A stretch of DNA of 64,000 bases from Spirochaetia bacterium (GCA_965203905.1 CBDBDQ010000005.1:7488001-7552000), one strand, 5' to 3'; numbered from the stretch's first letter, positions 34,648 through 48,004 are shown. Program-made: numbers and translations. Notes: generated from the letters alone by a model not told the origin.

Positions 34648-36441
34648 ATGCACGAGATGAAGCGCACGGCGACGTGCGGCCAGCTCACCGCGGCCGCGGC
34701 GGGTGAGCAGGTGACCCTCAACGGCTGGGTGGCGCGGATCCGCGACCACGGCGGCATCACCTTTGTCGACCTGCGCGACCGCTACGGCGTGACCCAGGTG
34801 GTGTTCGACGTGAGTGCACCGGACGCCGCACCGCTCGCCGCCGCCGTGCGCGACCTGAAGCTGGAATACTGCATCGCCGCGCACGGCACCGTGCGCCGCC
34901 GGCCACCGGAGATGGTGAACCGGGAGCTGGCCACCGGCGAGATCGAGGTCAGCGGCGAGCGGCTCCAGGTGCTGAGCACCTGCGCCACGCTGCCGTTCAT
35001 GGTGAACGACCAGGACGGAGCGCACAGCGACGCCCGGGAGGACCTGCGCCTCAAGCACCGCTACCTGGACCTGCGCTCGGCCGCCATGCAGCGCAACCTG
35101 GCGCTGCGCCACCGTGCCGCGCAGGCACTGCGCAGCGCGCTCAACGAGCGCGACTTCCTGGAGATCGAGACCCCCACCCTGATGCGCTCCACCCCCGAGG
35201 GGGCGCGCGACTTCGTGGTGCCGTCGCGGCTCAAGCCGGGCAGCTTCTACGCCCTGCCGCAGTCGCCCCAGATTCTCAAGCAGCTCCTGATGCTGTCGGG
35301 ATACGACCGCTACTACCAGTTGGCGCGCTGCTACCGCGACGAGGATGCGCGTGGCGACCGCCAGCCGGAGTTCACCCAGCTCGACTTCGAGATGAGCTTC
35401 GTCGGCCAGGACGACGTGCTGGCGGTGCTGGAAGCAGCGTTCGCGGCTACGTTCCGTGAGGGGATCGGCTACGAGCTGCCGGTGCCGTTCACCCGTATCA
35501 CCTTCCACGATGCGATGAACCACTACGGGTCGGACCGGCCCGACCTGCGCTACGGGCTGGAGCTGCAGGACTTCACCGAGTTTGCGCGCGCCGGTGACTT
35601 CGGAATCTTCAGCCGCGCCGTCGAGCGTGGCGACACGGTGAAGGCGTTGCGGGCACCGGGGCTGGCCGGCTACTCGCGGCGCCGCATCGAGGAGCTGGAG
35701 GAGCACGCCAAGACCTACGGCGCCGCCGGGCTGGCCTGGATGAAGTGCGGCGCGGATGGCCTGGAGGGCGGCGTGGCCCGTTTCTACCAGGGGCAGCAGG
35801 AGGAGATTCGCCGCACCTTGGCGGTGGAGGCCGGCGACCTGTTGCTGCTGGTGGCGGCGCCCTGGCGCACCGCCTGCACGGCGCTGGGCGCGGTGCGGAG
35901 CGAGCTGGCCGGGCGCGAGGGGCTGGCCGCGGAGGGCACCTTCGAGCCCTGCTTCGTGACCGACTTTCCGCTGTTCGCGTGGAACGAGGAGGAGCAGCGC
36001 TGGGACGCCGAGCACCACATGTTCTCGCTGCCGCAGGCGCAGTATCTCGACTGTCTGGAACAGGATCCGGGTGCGGTGCGCGGCGAGCTCTATGACGCGG
36101 TGATCAACGGCCTGGAGGTGGCCAGCGGCTCGATCCGGATCCACGACCCGGCGCTGCAACGGCGGGTGTTCGCGATCCTGGGGGTGTCGGAGGCGGAGGC
36201 CGCGCAGCGCTTCGGGTTCATGCTCGACGCGTTCCGCTACGGCGCTCCGCCCCACGGCGGCGCCGCCATCGGCTTCGACCGCACCGTGATGCTGATGGCC
36301 GGCGAAGCCACCATCCGCGACGTGATCGCCTTCCCCAAGAACACCTGGGCGGCGTCACCGATGGACGACTCGCCCGCCCCGCTGGACGGCCAGCAGCTCC
36401 GCGAGCTGCGGCTGGCAATCCGCGAACCCGCGGCGCCGTGA
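34648..36441 (+). CDS. aspS: Aspartate--tRNA ligase
   Basis: RDHGG..FVDLRD; STPEGARDF; ALPQSPQ; DRQPEFTQLD; GAPPHGG; IAFPK. Confidence 0.97.
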   Translation: MHEMKRTATCGQLTAAAAGEQVTLNGWVARIRDHGGITFVDLRDRYGVTQVVFDVSAPDAAPLAAAVRDLKLEYCIAAHGTVRRRPPEMVNRELATGEIEVSGERLQVLSTCATLPFMVNDQDGAHSDAREDLRLKHRYLDLRSAAMQRNLALRHRAAQALRSALNERDFLEIETPTLMRSTPEGARDFVVPSRLKPGSFYALPQSPQILKQLLMLSGYDRYYQLARCYRDEDARGDRQPEFTQLDFEMSFVGQDDVLAVLEAAFAATFREGIGYELPVPFTRITFHDAMNHYGSDRPDLRYGLELQDFTEFARAGDFGIFSRAVERGDTVKALRAPGLAGYSRRRIEELEEHAKTYGAAGLAWMKCGADGLEGGVARFYQGQQEEIRRTLAVEAGDLLLLVAAPWRTACTALGAVRSELAGREGLAAEGTFEPCFVTDFPLFAWNEEEQRWDAEHHMFSLPQAQYLDCLEQDPGAVRGELYDAVINGLEVASGSIRIHDPALQRRVFAILGVSEAEAAQRFGFMLDAFRYGAPPHGGAAIGFDRTVMLMAGEATIRDVIAFPKNTWAASPMDDSPAPLDGQQLRELRLAIREPAAP

Positions 36442-36467
36442 GTCGCGGCTGACGCCCTGCAGTCTGC

Positions 36468-38330
36468 ATGTCCCGCATCTACGACGGGCCGAGTCCGGAT
36501 ACGACCCTGCCGGAAGTCCTCGCGCTCCAGACCGCAGACCATCTTCGCCGGCTGCTCGATCTGCTGCCGCGGGAACGGCCTCGCCCGACCCGCAAGGCGG
36601 AACTGGCGGCAGCCGTCGAGCGCCGGCTCGCGGGCGATCGGCTGAATGAACAGTGGCGCAGGCTCAATCCGATCCAGCGCCTCGCCGTGAGCGAGGTGCT
36701 GCACAGCAGCGACGGCGCCTTCCATCCCACCCGTTTCCGGGCCAAGTACGGCTCCCTGCCCGGCGGCGTCGCGACCGAGCCGGGTCGTGAGTCCGGCACG
36801 TCGCTCCTGAGCCTGTTCCTCTACGCCGGCAGCTCGTACAGCGGAGGCACGGCGATCATCCCCGCCGACCTGAAAGAGCGGCTGTGCGCCTTCGTACCGC
36901 AGCCGCCGCCATTGACCATGGAGGCGCAGGATGAGCTGCCGGAGGCGTTCGCGCAGCCGCGGCGGGGCTACTACGGCGAGCAGGCGCGTCCCGTCGACCA
37001 AGTGCCGCTGTCGCGGCGGGACATGGAGCATGCCGCGCAACAGGATCTGCTGGCGGTGCTGCGGCTGGTCGACCGCGGCAGCGTCGCGGTCAGCGCCAAG
37101 ACGCGGCAGGCGACGGCGGCCGCCGTGCGCCGGATCGCGGCCGTGCTGCACGGCGGCGACTTCTACGACCCGGCGCCGCAGAAACAGCATTCCTGGGAGC
37201 AGACCGTCGGTCCGATCAGGGCGTTCGCCTGGCCGTTGCTGCTGCAGACTGCCCGGCTGGCCGAGTTGCACGGCAGCAAGCTGGCCTTGACCAAGGTGGG
37301 ACGCGCAGCCCTGGGAAAGCCGCCGGCGGAGACCCTGGAGCTGCTTTGGGACCGCTGGCTGGGGAGCACCTCCTTCGACGAGTTCCGCCGCATCGAGGCG
37401 ATCAAGGGGCAGCGCGGGCGCGGCGCACGGGCGCTGACGGCGGCCAGGTACCGCCGCGATTCGATCGTCGAGGCGCTCGAAGAGTGCCCGGTCGACCGCT
37501 GGGTGAGCTGCGACGAGCTGGCGCGCTTCATGCAGGCGGCGGACCTCGAATTCAGCATCACCCGCAACCCATGGACCCTCTATGTCGGCGAGGCCCGCTA
37601 CGGCAGCCTCGGGTACGCCGGCTATCACGACTGGAGCTTCCTGCAGGGTCGCTACCTGCTCTGTTTCCTGTTCGAGTATGCCGCCACGCTGGGCGTGGTC
37701 GACGTGGCGTACACCGACCCGCGGAATGCCCGGCTGGACTTCACTCGACTGGACGCCAACGATGAACTGGACTTCCTGAGCCGCTACGACGGCCTGCGGT
37801 ACTTCCGCCTTACGCCGCTGGGAGCCTGGTGCCTGGGCCGGGCCGAGAGCTACCAACCGCGCTCCCCGGCGGCGCGCGCATCCATCACGGTGTTTCCCGA
37901 TCTGCGGCTGCAGGTGCAGGGAGCGGACCTGACGCAGGATGAGGCGCTGCTGCTGGAGACCTACGCCCGGCAGGAAGCGGAGGATGTCTGGCGCCTGGAC
38001 CGCGACAAGACGCTGACGGTCCTGGAGAGTGGCGCTCGGGTGGACGAGTTGCGCGAGTTTCTGACCACCCGCGACGAACAGCCGCTGCCGGAAACCGTCG
38101 AGGGCTTCCTCGAGACTACCGCTCGCCGCTCCCAGGCGCTGCTGGCGCAAGGCACGGCGCTGCTGATCGAGTGCTCCGACGCGGCGCTGGCCGAGCAGCT
38201 CGCCACCCACGAGCGCACCGCCAAGCTGTGCCGGCGCACCGGCGAGCGGGGTCTCGTGGTCCGCACCGTGGCCGAGGGCAGCTTCCGCAAGGCGGTCCAC
38301 GAACTGGGCTACGGCATGCCCCGAAGATGA
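36468..38330 (+). CDS. Helicase-associated domain protein (XPB/Ssl2 N-terminal, Helicase_C_3-like C-terminus)
   Basis: N-terminal PTRKAELAAAV helix; C-terminal ITVFPDLRL...VWRLDRDK...LREFL...PLPETVEGFL; no Walker motifs. Confidence 0.65.
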   Translation: MSRIYDGPSPDTTLPEVLALQTADHLRRLLDLLPRERPRPTRKAELAAAVERRLAGDRLNEQWRRLNPIQRLAVSEVLHSSDGAFHPTRFRAKYGSLPGGVATEPGRESGTSLLSLFLYAGSSYSGGTAIIPADLKERLCAFVPQPPPLTMEAQDELPEAFAQPRRGYYGEQARPVDQVPLSRRDMEHAAQQDLLAVLRLVDRGSVAVSAKTRQATAAAVRRIAAVLHGGDFYDPAPQKQHSWEQTVGPIRAFAWPLLLQTARLAELHGSKLALTKVGRAALGKPPAETLELLWDRWLGSTSFDEFRRIEAIKGQRGRGARALTAARYRRDSIVEALEECPVDRWVSCDELARFMQAADLEFSITRNPWTLYVGEARYGSLGYAGYHDWSFLQGRYLLCFLFEYAATLGVVDVAYTDPRNARLDFTRLDANDELDFLSRYDGLRYFRLTPLGAWCLGRAESYQPRSPAARASITVFPDLRLQVQGADLTQDEALLLETYARQEAEDVWRLDRDKTLTVLESGARVDELREFLTTRDEQPLPETVEGFLETTARRSQALLAQGTALLIECSDAALAEQLATHERTAKLCRRTGERGLVVRTVAEGSFRKAVHELGYGMPRR

Positions 38331-38851
38331 CAGTGACCAGATCGGCTACGCGTGATCGGTTCTGGTTCACGGTAATCGGCATCTTCAGCGTGGCGGCGGT
38401 TGCCGCGGTGATCTACGTGTTGATCGGACCGCGGCACCGATCAGGTCTCGACGTGTCGGCGCTGCCGGCGGTGAACACGGTGTGGAACGCGACCGCGGCG
38501 GTGCTCCTGGTGGCGGCCTTCGTCGCCATACGCCGCGGCGCGGTGGCCGTTCATCGTACCCTGGTTCTGTGCGCGTTCGGGGCCTCGACGCTGTTTCTCG
38601 CCGGCTACCTCGTGTATCATGCACTCGGCGACGGCTCGAAGAGCTACACCGGACCCGTGCCATGGGTGTACTACCCTGTTCTGGTGAGCCATGTCGTCCT
38701 GGCCGCGACCATCGTGCCGCTGGCAATGATCACCTTGCGCCGCGGCTGGACCCGTCATCCCGGTCATCGCAAGATCGCCCGCGTAACGCTCCCGATCTGG
38801 CTCTACGTATCCGTTACCGGCGTGGCCATCTTCGGCTTCCTGCACTGGTAA
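38327..38851 (+). CDS. DUF420 family membrane protein
   Basis: LPAVN..N; HRTLV..AF..S.LFL..YL.YH; LVSHVVLA; HRKIAR.T.PIWLYVSVTG; ATGA overlap. Confidence 0.88.
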   Translation: MTVTRSATRDRFWFTVIGIFSVAAVAAVIYVLIGPRHRSGLDVSALPAVNTVWNATAAVLLVAAFVAIRRGAVAVHRTLVLCAFGASTLFLAGYLVYHALGDGSKSYTGPVPWVYYPVLVSHVVLAATIVPLAMITLRRGWTRHPGHRKIARVTLPIWLYVSVTGVAIFGFLHW

Positions 38852-38854
38852 GGG

Positions 38855-39943
38855 TCAGCGGACGTTGCGGCGGCGGTTTCTGGCGTAGTCGGCGAAGATG
38901 TAGTTGCCCAGGTTGTCGAGCGACGAGTAATAGGCGCGGCCGCTGTTGATGCGCGACAGCTCCTCCACGAACTGCACCAGGTAGGGATCCTCGGTGACCA
39001 TGAAGGTGGTGATCACGATCCCCTGCCGCTTGCAGGCGGCCGCCTCCTCCAGCGTCTGATTGACGATCTTCGGATCCAGCCCGAAGGAGTTCTTGTACAG
39101 CCGGCCGTTCTCGAATATGGCGGACGGCTTGCCATCGGTGATCATGAACACCTGCTTGTTGGGGTGCTTCTGGTTGCGCAGCACGTTCTGCGCCAGTTGC
39201 AGCCCCGCCTTGGTGTTGGTATGGAACGGCCCCACCTTGAGATAGGGGATGTCGCGCACCTCGATCATGCGCGCATCGTCGCCAAAGTAGGCGACGTGCA
39301 GGCTGTCCTTCGGAAACTGGGTGGTGATCAGCTCGTACAGCGCCAGCGCGACCTGCTTCGCGGGCGTGATGCGATCCTCCCCATACAGGATCATGCTGTG
39401 GCTCAGGTCGATCAGCAGCACCGTGGCGCAGGAGGAGGTGTGCTCGGTCTCGAACACCTCGAAGTCCTGCTCGCCGAACTGGATCTCGTCCACACCGCTG
39501 CGTTTGACCGCGTTGTTGATGGTGGCGAAGGCGTCGATCTGAGTGATCGGGTCGCCGAACCGGTACGGCCGCGTCTCCGGCAGGCGCTCGCCACCGTCGC
39601 CGGTGTGCGGCGTGCGGTGCTGGCCAAAGCCGCCGCGCTTGAGGTTGTTGAAGATCAGCTTGAGCGATTCCTTGCGAATCTGCTGCTCGCCGCGTGCCGT
39701 GAGCGAGTAGCTCTCGCCGTCACGCTGAATGATCGCCTGGTGCTCCAGCTGCTCGCGAAACTGCTCCAGGTCGAACCGCTCGTCGATGAAACCGCGCCGC
39801 TGCAGGTACTTCATCCACTCCAGCACCTTGTCCACGTCGCCGCTGGCCTGCAGCAGCAGGAAGTTGAACAGGTTCATCAGGTTGGAGAAGTTCTGCAGGG
39901 CGGCAGCCAGCGATTCGTCCCACTTCAGGTACTGGAAGTTCAC
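38855..39943 (-). CDS. VWA-domain protein (Rv0959-like)
   Basis: MIDAS DLSHSM; TNTKAGL; MITDGKPS; GGAGGAGGT SD before GTG. Confidence 0.88.
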   Translation of the reverse strand: MNFQYLKWDESLAAALQNFSNLMNLFNFLLLQASGDVDKVLEWMKYLQRRGFIDERFDLEQFREQLEHQAIIQRDGESYSLTARGEQQIRKESLKLIFNNLKRGGFGQHRTPHTGDGGERLPETRPYRFGDPITQIDAFATINNAVKRSGVDEIQFGEQDFEVFETEHTSSCATVLLIDLSHSMILYGEDRITPAKQVALALYELITTQFPKDSLHVAYFGDDARMIEVRDIPYLKVGPFHTNTKAGLQLAQNVLRNQKHPNKQVFMITDGKPSAIFENGRLYKNSFGLDPKIVNQTLEEAAACKRQGIVITTFMVTEDPYLVQFVEELSRINSGRAYYSSLDNLGNYIFADYARNRRRNVR

Positions 39944-39969
39944 CTGCTACCTCCTCCGGCCCGTGGCCA

Positions 39970-41607
39970 TCAGTCGCGGTCCTCGTCACTCATCTGATCG
40001 AACATCGCCTTGAGCATGTCGCGATAGGAGGTGGCGCTTTCGAGGTCGCGCTTGGACAGCATGGAGTGCTGATGCAGCCCCTCCAGCACCAGCTCCATCC
40101 CCAGACCCACCTCCTCCTCCGCCTCGATCTCGAGACCGGCGGTGGCCAGCTCGCGCAGCCCGCGCACCTGTTCGAAGCGCTGGCGATACTCGGCGCAGGT
40201 CAGGTCGTCGGCCGTCTCCACCGTGTTGCCGTCCGAGAACCAGGCGACGATGGGAGTGTACGGGGATGAGCTGTCGGACTCTTCCTTGGTCTCCCGGCCC
40301 TCCTTCGCCTCCTTGCTGTCCCGCACCTTGACGTCGGGCTTGGGGAAGTACCGGCGAAAGGTGCGCCGCACCGCCTGGCCGATGATCTTGCGCGCCACCA
40401 GGGCCGGTCCCTCCTGCTCGCCCTCGTACACCAGTTCCAGCTTGCCGGTGATGGCCGGCAGCGCCTGGTGCAGGTCCGACAGCCGCGGGTAGGCGAGCCG
40501 GTCGCCGTGGCGGAAGCAGCGGCGCTCCACGTTGGAGATGACATTCTCCAGCAGGGCGATGGTCATGCGCGCCGAGACGCCCGACTTCTGATCCACGAAC
40601 TCGCTCTCGCGCGCCTCGAACGCCACGTCCTCGATCAACTCCCGGTAATAGCCCGGAATCTCGATCCGCGCGGCGCCCTCGCCCCCCTGCGCGGCACCGT
40701 CGCGCCCCTCCCACGCCTCCTGGCGGGTGATCGCCAGCGCGTGCTCCATGTCCTGCGGATAGTGGGTGATGATCTGGGAGTCGATGCGATCCTTGAGTGG
40801 TGAGATGATGTTGCCGCGGTTGGTGTAGTCCTCCGGATTGGCGGAAAACACCATGCAGATGTCCAGCGGGATGCGCAGGGGGAAGCCGCGGATCTGGAAG
40901 TCCTTCTCCTCCAGGATGTTGAGCAGTCCTACCTGGATCCGCGGCGGCAGGTCGGGCACCTCGTTGATGGCGAAGATGCCGCGGTTGGTGCGCGGCACGA
41001 TGCCGTAATGGATCACCCCCTGGTCGGCGTAGGAGAGACGCTGGGTGGCGGCCTTGATCGGATCGACGTCGCCGATCAGGTCGGCGATGGTCACGTCCGG
41101 GGTGGCCAGCTTTTCCTGGTAGCGCTCGTCGCGTCCGATCCAGCGCAGCGGGGTGCCGTCGCCGTGCTCGGCCAGCAGGCGGCGCCCCTGCTCGGTAATC
41201 GGGCGGAACGGATCCTCGTTGAGGTCGGTGCCGGCGATCGCGGGGATGCTCTCGTCCAGGAACCGCACCAGGCTGCGCAGGATGCGCGTCTTGGCCTGGC
41301 CCCGGAGCCCGAGAAGAATGAAGTCGTGGCGCGACAGGAGGGCGTTCACGAGCCCCGGCAGGACGGTCTTCTCGTAGCCGAGAATGCCGGGAAACAGGTC
41401 CGCGACATCAGTCCCGGCTTGCAGCATGCGCACCAGGTTGGCGCGCATCTCGTCCTTGACCGAGCGTCCCTCGGGGTAGCCGGCGGCCCGCAGCTCGGCG
41501 AGCGTTTGCGGCAGGGCGTCGCGGTCGCTGCGCCGGTTTCGGCGCGAGGTCCTGGCAGTGGCAGCCGCGGCGGCGGCAGATTTGGTCTTGACTGAGTCCG
41601 CAGGCAT
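39970..41607 (-). CDS. Mg-chelatase-like AAA+ ATPase (Rv0958-like), partner of the VWA protein
   Basis: [11 protein letters not shown]; EKLATPD; FAINEVPDL; [11 protein letters not shown]; start uncertain (41607 or 41652). Confidence 0.85.
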   Translation of the reverse strand: MPADSVKTKSAAAAAATARTSRRNRRSDRDALPQTLAELRAAGYPEGRSVKDEMRANLVRMLQAGTDVADLFPGILGYEKTVLPGLVNALLSRHDFILLGLRGQAKTRILRSLVRFLDESIPAIAGTDLNEDPFRPITEQGRRLLAEHGDGTPLRWIGRDERYQEKLATPDVTIADLIGDVDPIKAATQRLSYADQGVIHYGIVPRTNRGIFAINEVPDLPPRIQVGLLNILEEKDFQIRGFPLRIPLDICMVFSANPEDYTNRGNIISPLKDRIDSQIITHYPQDMEHALAITRQEAWEGRDGAAQGGEGAARIEIPGYYRELIEDVAFEARESEFVDQKSGVSARMTIALLENVISNVERRCFRHGDRLAYPRLSDLHQALPAITGKLELVYEGEQEGPALVARKIIGQAVRRTFRRYFPKPDVKVRDSKEAKEGRETKEESDSSSPYTPIVAWFSDGNTVETADDLTCAEYRQRFEQVRGLRELATAGLEIEAEEEVGLGMELVLEGLHQHSMLSKRDLESATSYRDMLKAMFDQMSDEDRD

Positions 41608-41716
41608 ATCTGGAGAGTGTCGAAGCGTACCGTACTCCGCAGGGCGCGACAACCGGCCGCACTCCCTTGCAATGGCACGGCAACTCGGTTACCAAAGTCG
41701 TGACTTCGGAATCCTC

Positions 41717-42679
41717 ATGGCCAAGGTCTTTCGCGACAACAGTCTGGCGATCGGCGGCACCCCGCTGGTGCGGTTGGGGCGTGTCACCGACGGCGCCCGC
41801 GCCCGCATTCTGGCCAAGGTCGAGGGCCGCAATCCGGCCTACTCGGTGAAATGCCGCATCGGCGCGGCAATGGTGTGGGACGCCGAGGAGCGCGGGGTGC
41901 TGGGCCCCGGGGTGGAACTGGTGGAGCCCACCAGCGGCAACACCGGCATCGCGCTGGCGTTCGTCGCCGCCGCGCGCGGCTACCCCCTGACCCTGACCAT
42001 GCCGGACAACATGAGCGAGGAGCGGCGCAAGATCCTGCGGGCGTTCGGTGCGCGGCTGATCCTGACCGACGCCTACCAAGGCATGGAAGGGGCGGTGCGC
42101 ACCGCCGAGCGCCTGGTGGCGCAGGATCCGGAGCGCTACCTGCTGCTGCAGCAGTTCAAGAACCCCGCCAACCCCGCGATCCACGAGCGCACCACCGGAC
42201 CGGAGATCTGGAGCGACACGGACGGCGAAGTGGACTGCTTGGTGGCGGGCGTCGGCACCGGCGGCACCATTACCGGCGTGTCGCGCTACCTCAAGCATTC
42301 GCGGGGCAAGCCCATCGTGTCGGTGGCGGTGGAGCCGGACGACAGTCAGGTGATCAGCCAGACCCTGGCCGAGCGTCCCCTGGAGCCGCGGGTGCACAAG
42401 ATTCAGGGCATCGGCGCCGGCTTCGTGCCGGAGATCCTCGACCTCGAGATGGTCGATCGGGTGGAAACGGTCAGCGACGACGAGGCGCTGGAGTTCGCGC
42501 GCCGGCTGGCGCTTGAGGAAGGCATCCTGGCGGGCATCTCCTGCGGGGCTGCGGTCGCGGTTGCCGTGCGCATCGGCCACGAGCCGGAGTTCGCCGGCCG
42601 CACCATCGTGGTGGTGCTGCCCGACTCCGGCGAGCGCTACCTGTCGAGCTCGTTGTACGCGGGTGTCCTCGCCGATTGA
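41717..42679 (+). CDS. cysK: Cysteine synthase A
   Basis: [11 protein letters not shown]; EPTSGNTG; GVGTGGT; KIQGIG; DSGERYLS. Confidence 0.95.
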   Translation: MAKVFRDNSLAIGGTPLVRLGRVTDGARARILAKVEGRNPAYSVKCRIGAAMVWDAEERGVLGPGVELVEPTSGNTGIALAFVAAARGYPLTLTMPDNMSEERRKILRAFGARLILTDAYQGMEGAVRTAERLVAQDPERYLLLQQFKNPANPAIHERTTGPEIWSDTDGEVDCLVAGVGTGGTITGVSRYLKHSRGKPIVSVAVEPDDSQVISQTLAERPLEPRVHKIQGIGAGFVPEILDLEMVDRVETVSDDEALEFARRLALEEGILAGISCGAAVAVAVRIGHEPEFAGRTIVVVLPDSGERYLSSSLYAGVLAD

Positions 42680-43163
42680 GGGAGCGGGCGGCGCGATCCT
42701 GCACGTCGTCCTTTACCAGCCGCAGATCCCCCAGAACACCGGCAACATCGCGCGCACCTGCGCCGCGGTGGGGGCCGACCTGCACCTGATCGAGCCGCTC
42801 GGCTTCTCGGTGACGGAGAGCGCGGTACGCCGCGCCGGCCTCGACTACTGGTCCGAGGTGACGGTGCACACCCACGCCGGCCTGGAGCCGGTGCTGGCCG
42901 CGGCATCCGCGCCCGCCCGCCAACTGGTGCTGCTCACCACCCACGGCCGGCGCCGCTACACCGACATCACCTACCGCCACGGCGCCTACCTGCTGTTCGG
43001 CAACGAGGGCGCCGGCCTCCCTCCCGAGTTGCGCGCCCGCTACGCTCCGGCCACCGCCCGCATCCCGATGCGGAACGGCCTGCGCTCCCTCAACCTGGCC
43101 AACGCGGCGGCGGTGGTGGTCTACGAAGCCCTGCGCCAACTCTCCCCACCAAACCTCGCCTGA
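42663..43163 (+). CDS. trmL: tRNA (cytidine(34)-2'-O)-methyltransferase
   Basis: [15 protein letters not shown]; RRAGLDYW; FGNEGAGLP; RSLNLAN; GTG 42663 overlaps the end of cysK. Confidence 0.92.
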   Translation: MSSPIEGAGGAILHVVLYQPQIPQNTGNIARTCAAVGADLHLIEPLGFSVTESAVRRAGLDYWSEVTVHTHAGLEPVLAAASAPARQLVLLTTHGRRRYTDITYRHGAYLLFGNEGAGLPPELRARYAPATARIPMRNGLRSLNLANAAAVVVYEALRQLSPPNLA

Positions 43164-43171
43164 ACCACGGA

Positions 43172-43212
43172 AGTGCTACCAAACGCAAAGTAAATTTGCG
43201 TTTGGTAGCACT
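43172..43212. promoter_or_regulatory. Perfect 18-bp inverted repeat with 5-nt spacer (candidate operator)
   Basis: AGTGCTACCAAACGCAAA-gtaaa-TTTGCGTTTGGTAGCACT, ending 21 nt before the ATG of the ATPase-DUF4143 gene. Confidence 0.8.
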
Positions 43213-43233
43213 ATATGCAATACTACTTGGCAT

Positions 43234-44394
43234 ATGGTGCAACGCAAGCACTGGCTGTCTGCCATCGAACGACTCTGGCAGGTGAAGTCAGTCGTCTGGC
43301 TCTCGGGGGTGCGCCGCGCCGGAAAGACCTTCCTGTGCCAGTCGCTTCCCGATGTCGAGTACCTGGACTGTGAGCTGCCCAGCGTCCGCCGGACGCTCGA
43401 AGATCCAGAACGATTCCTTCGTGACCTGGGGCCGCGGCGCGTCGTACTCGACGAGGTGCATCGGCTGGCGAATCCCTCCGAGCTGTTGAAGATCGCGGCA
43501 GACTATCATCCTGATACCCACATCATCGCGACCGGATCGTCCACGCTGGGAGCGTCCCGCCGTTTTCGTGACACCCTAACCGATCGCAAGCGCAACTTGT
43601 GGCTCACTCCGATGCTGGAGGACGAACAGCGGGAATTCGGCGCGCGCGGCGTTGATCACCGGTTCACATCGGGCGGCCTGCCACCATTTTATCTTCCCCG
43701 CTCGGTCCCCGAGGGCGCGTTCCAGGACTGGATCGACTCCTACTGGGCGCGCGACGTCCAGGAACACTTCCGACTGCAGCGCCGCTGGTCATTTCTGCGC
43801 TTCATGGAACTGCTGTTCGCGGCCAGCGGCGGCACGTTCGAGGCTACGGCGTACGCCGCCCGCTGCGAAGTCAGCAGGACGACGGTGGGAAACTACCTCC
43901 AGGTGCTGGAAGACACCCTGGTGGTTACCATTCTCCGGCCGTTCAGCACGCGTCCCATTACGGAGATCGTCGCCGCACCGAAGATCTACGGATTCGACAC
44001 CGGATTCGTCTGCTTCTTCAAGGGCTGGGGTGCCCTGCGGGCCGAAGACCGGGGTGCACTCTGGGAGCACTATGTCCTCAACGAATACCTCGGGCGAGCC
44101 CAGCGGCGACGCATGGCATACTGGCGTGACAAGCGTGGCCACGAGATCGACTTCATCATTGCGCCGCGCAGCGGTGCACCGGTCGCCATCGAATGCAAGT
44201 GGCGCGCTGCGGGATTCGATGCCCGCAATCTGCGGGCGTTTCGAAACCGGTATCCCGGAGGCGCCAATTACGTGGTGACTACCGACACCGAGCGCTCGTT
44301 CGTCCGCGACTACCGTGACCTCGAGGTACGGTTCGTGAGCCTGCAGGAACTGATGCAGCGCTTGCTCGCGGAGCGCGGCGCGGTCGCCCCGTGA
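43234..44394 (+). CDS. AAA+ ATPase (AAA_14) with winged HTH and C-terminal DUF4143 PD-(D/E)xK domain
   Basis: GVRRAGKT; VLDEVH; ATGSS; GGLP; VSRTTVGNYLQVLE; PKIYGFDTG; YWRD..GHEIDFI...AIECK. Confidence 0.88.
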   Translation: MVQRKHWLSAIERLWQVKSVVWLSGVRRAGKTFLCQSLPDVEYLDCELPSVRRTLEDPERFLRDLGPRRVVLDEVHRLANPSELLKIAADYHPDTHIIATGSSTLGASRRFRDTLTDRKRNLWLTPMLEDEQREFGARGVDHRFTSGGLPPFYLPRSVPEGAFQDWIDSYWARDVQEHFRLQRRWSFLRFMELLFAASGGTFEATAYAARCEVSRTTVGNYLQVLEDTLVVTILRPFSTRPITEIVAAPKIYGFDTGFVCFFKGWGALRAEDRGALWEHYVLNEYLGRAQRRRMAYWRDKRGHEIDFIIAPRSGAPVAIECKWRAAGFDARNLRAFRNRYPGGANYVVTTDTERSFVRDYRDLEVRFVSLQELMQRLLAERGAVAP

Positions 44395-44448
44395 TGCGGA
44401 AGACGACGAAATCGAAATGCCGGGTCGTCCACGTACCGGCACTTCAGG

Positions 44449-45204
44449 TCAGCGCAGCTTGACCGGGTTGCTGAGCACTCCGACGCCGGGGATCTCCACT
44501 TCGCAGGTGTCGCCGTCGTTGAGCTGGGCCGGGCTGCCGGAGGTGCCCGAGAACACGACGTCGCCCGGCTGCAGGGTGACCACCTGGCTGATGAAGGAGA
44601 TGGTCGTCGCGAAGTTGTAGATCATGTCAGCCAGTCCGCAACGCTGCACTTCCTCACCGTTGATGCGGGTGATCACCGCAAGGCTCGCGGGATCAAGGTC
44701 GGTCACGATGGCGGGGCCGATGGGGCCGAAGGTGTCGGCGGACTTGGCACGCCACCACTGCGTGTCGCCGCTCTGCCAGGGGCGGCCGCTGACGTCATTG
44801 CCACAGGTATAGCCCAGTACGTGGCTCAGCGCCTCCTGCTCCGAGACCCGGCTGCACCAGCTTCCGATCACGGCGACGGCCTCGCCCTCGGCATCGACGC
44901 GCGCCAGGCCGGGCGGCAGCAGGATCTGCTCGCCGGGGCCGATGAAGGCGTTCGGCGCCTTCCAGAACGGCTCCGGCTGGGTCGGTTCCGGGGTGCCGTG
45001 CAGGTGGTCGCGGAAGTTGCCGGCCAGTGCCAGCCCCTTGCTCGGCTCCACCGGCGCCAGCAGGCGCACGGCGCTCAGCGCCACCGGCGCCCCTTCCTCC
45101 GACCAACTCCCGAACGGCGAGCCGTCGATCGGCTGGATCTCATCTCCGGCGAGCAGGCCGAAGGAAACACTCTCATCCTCGCGGGCAAAACGAACGAACG
45201 TCAT
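44449..45204 (-). CDS. Fumarylacetoacetate hydrolase family protein
   Basis: NFRDH; DAEGE.VAVIG; GYTCGNDVS; KSADTFGPIGP; TLQPGDVVFSGT. Confidence 0.92.
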   Translation of the reverse strand: MTFVRFAREDESVSFGLLAGDEIQPIDGSPFGSWSEEGAPVALSAVRLLAPVEPSKGLALAGNFRDHLHGTPEPTQPEPFWKAPNAFIGPGEQILLPPGLARVDAEGEAVAVIGSWCSRVSEQEALSHVLGYTCGNDVSGRPWQSGDTQWWRAKSADTFGPIGPAIVTDLDPASLAVITRINGEEVQRCGLADMIYNFATTISFISQVVTLQPGDVVFSGTSGSPAQLNDGDTCEVEIPGVGVLSNPVKLR

Positions 45205-45215
45205 CGATATCTCCT

Positions 45216-47942
<2,727 letters not shown>

Positions 47943-48004
47943 GATCGGCGGCGGTACCTCCGGCCACAAGGTATGGCGCGCGACGACCAGCGTCCAGCGT
48001 GGCC

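Noticed and set aside
42675-42701. Non-canonical ATC/ATT start for trmL
   Set aside because: An in-frame GTG at 42663 overlapping the cysK end gives an ordinary start
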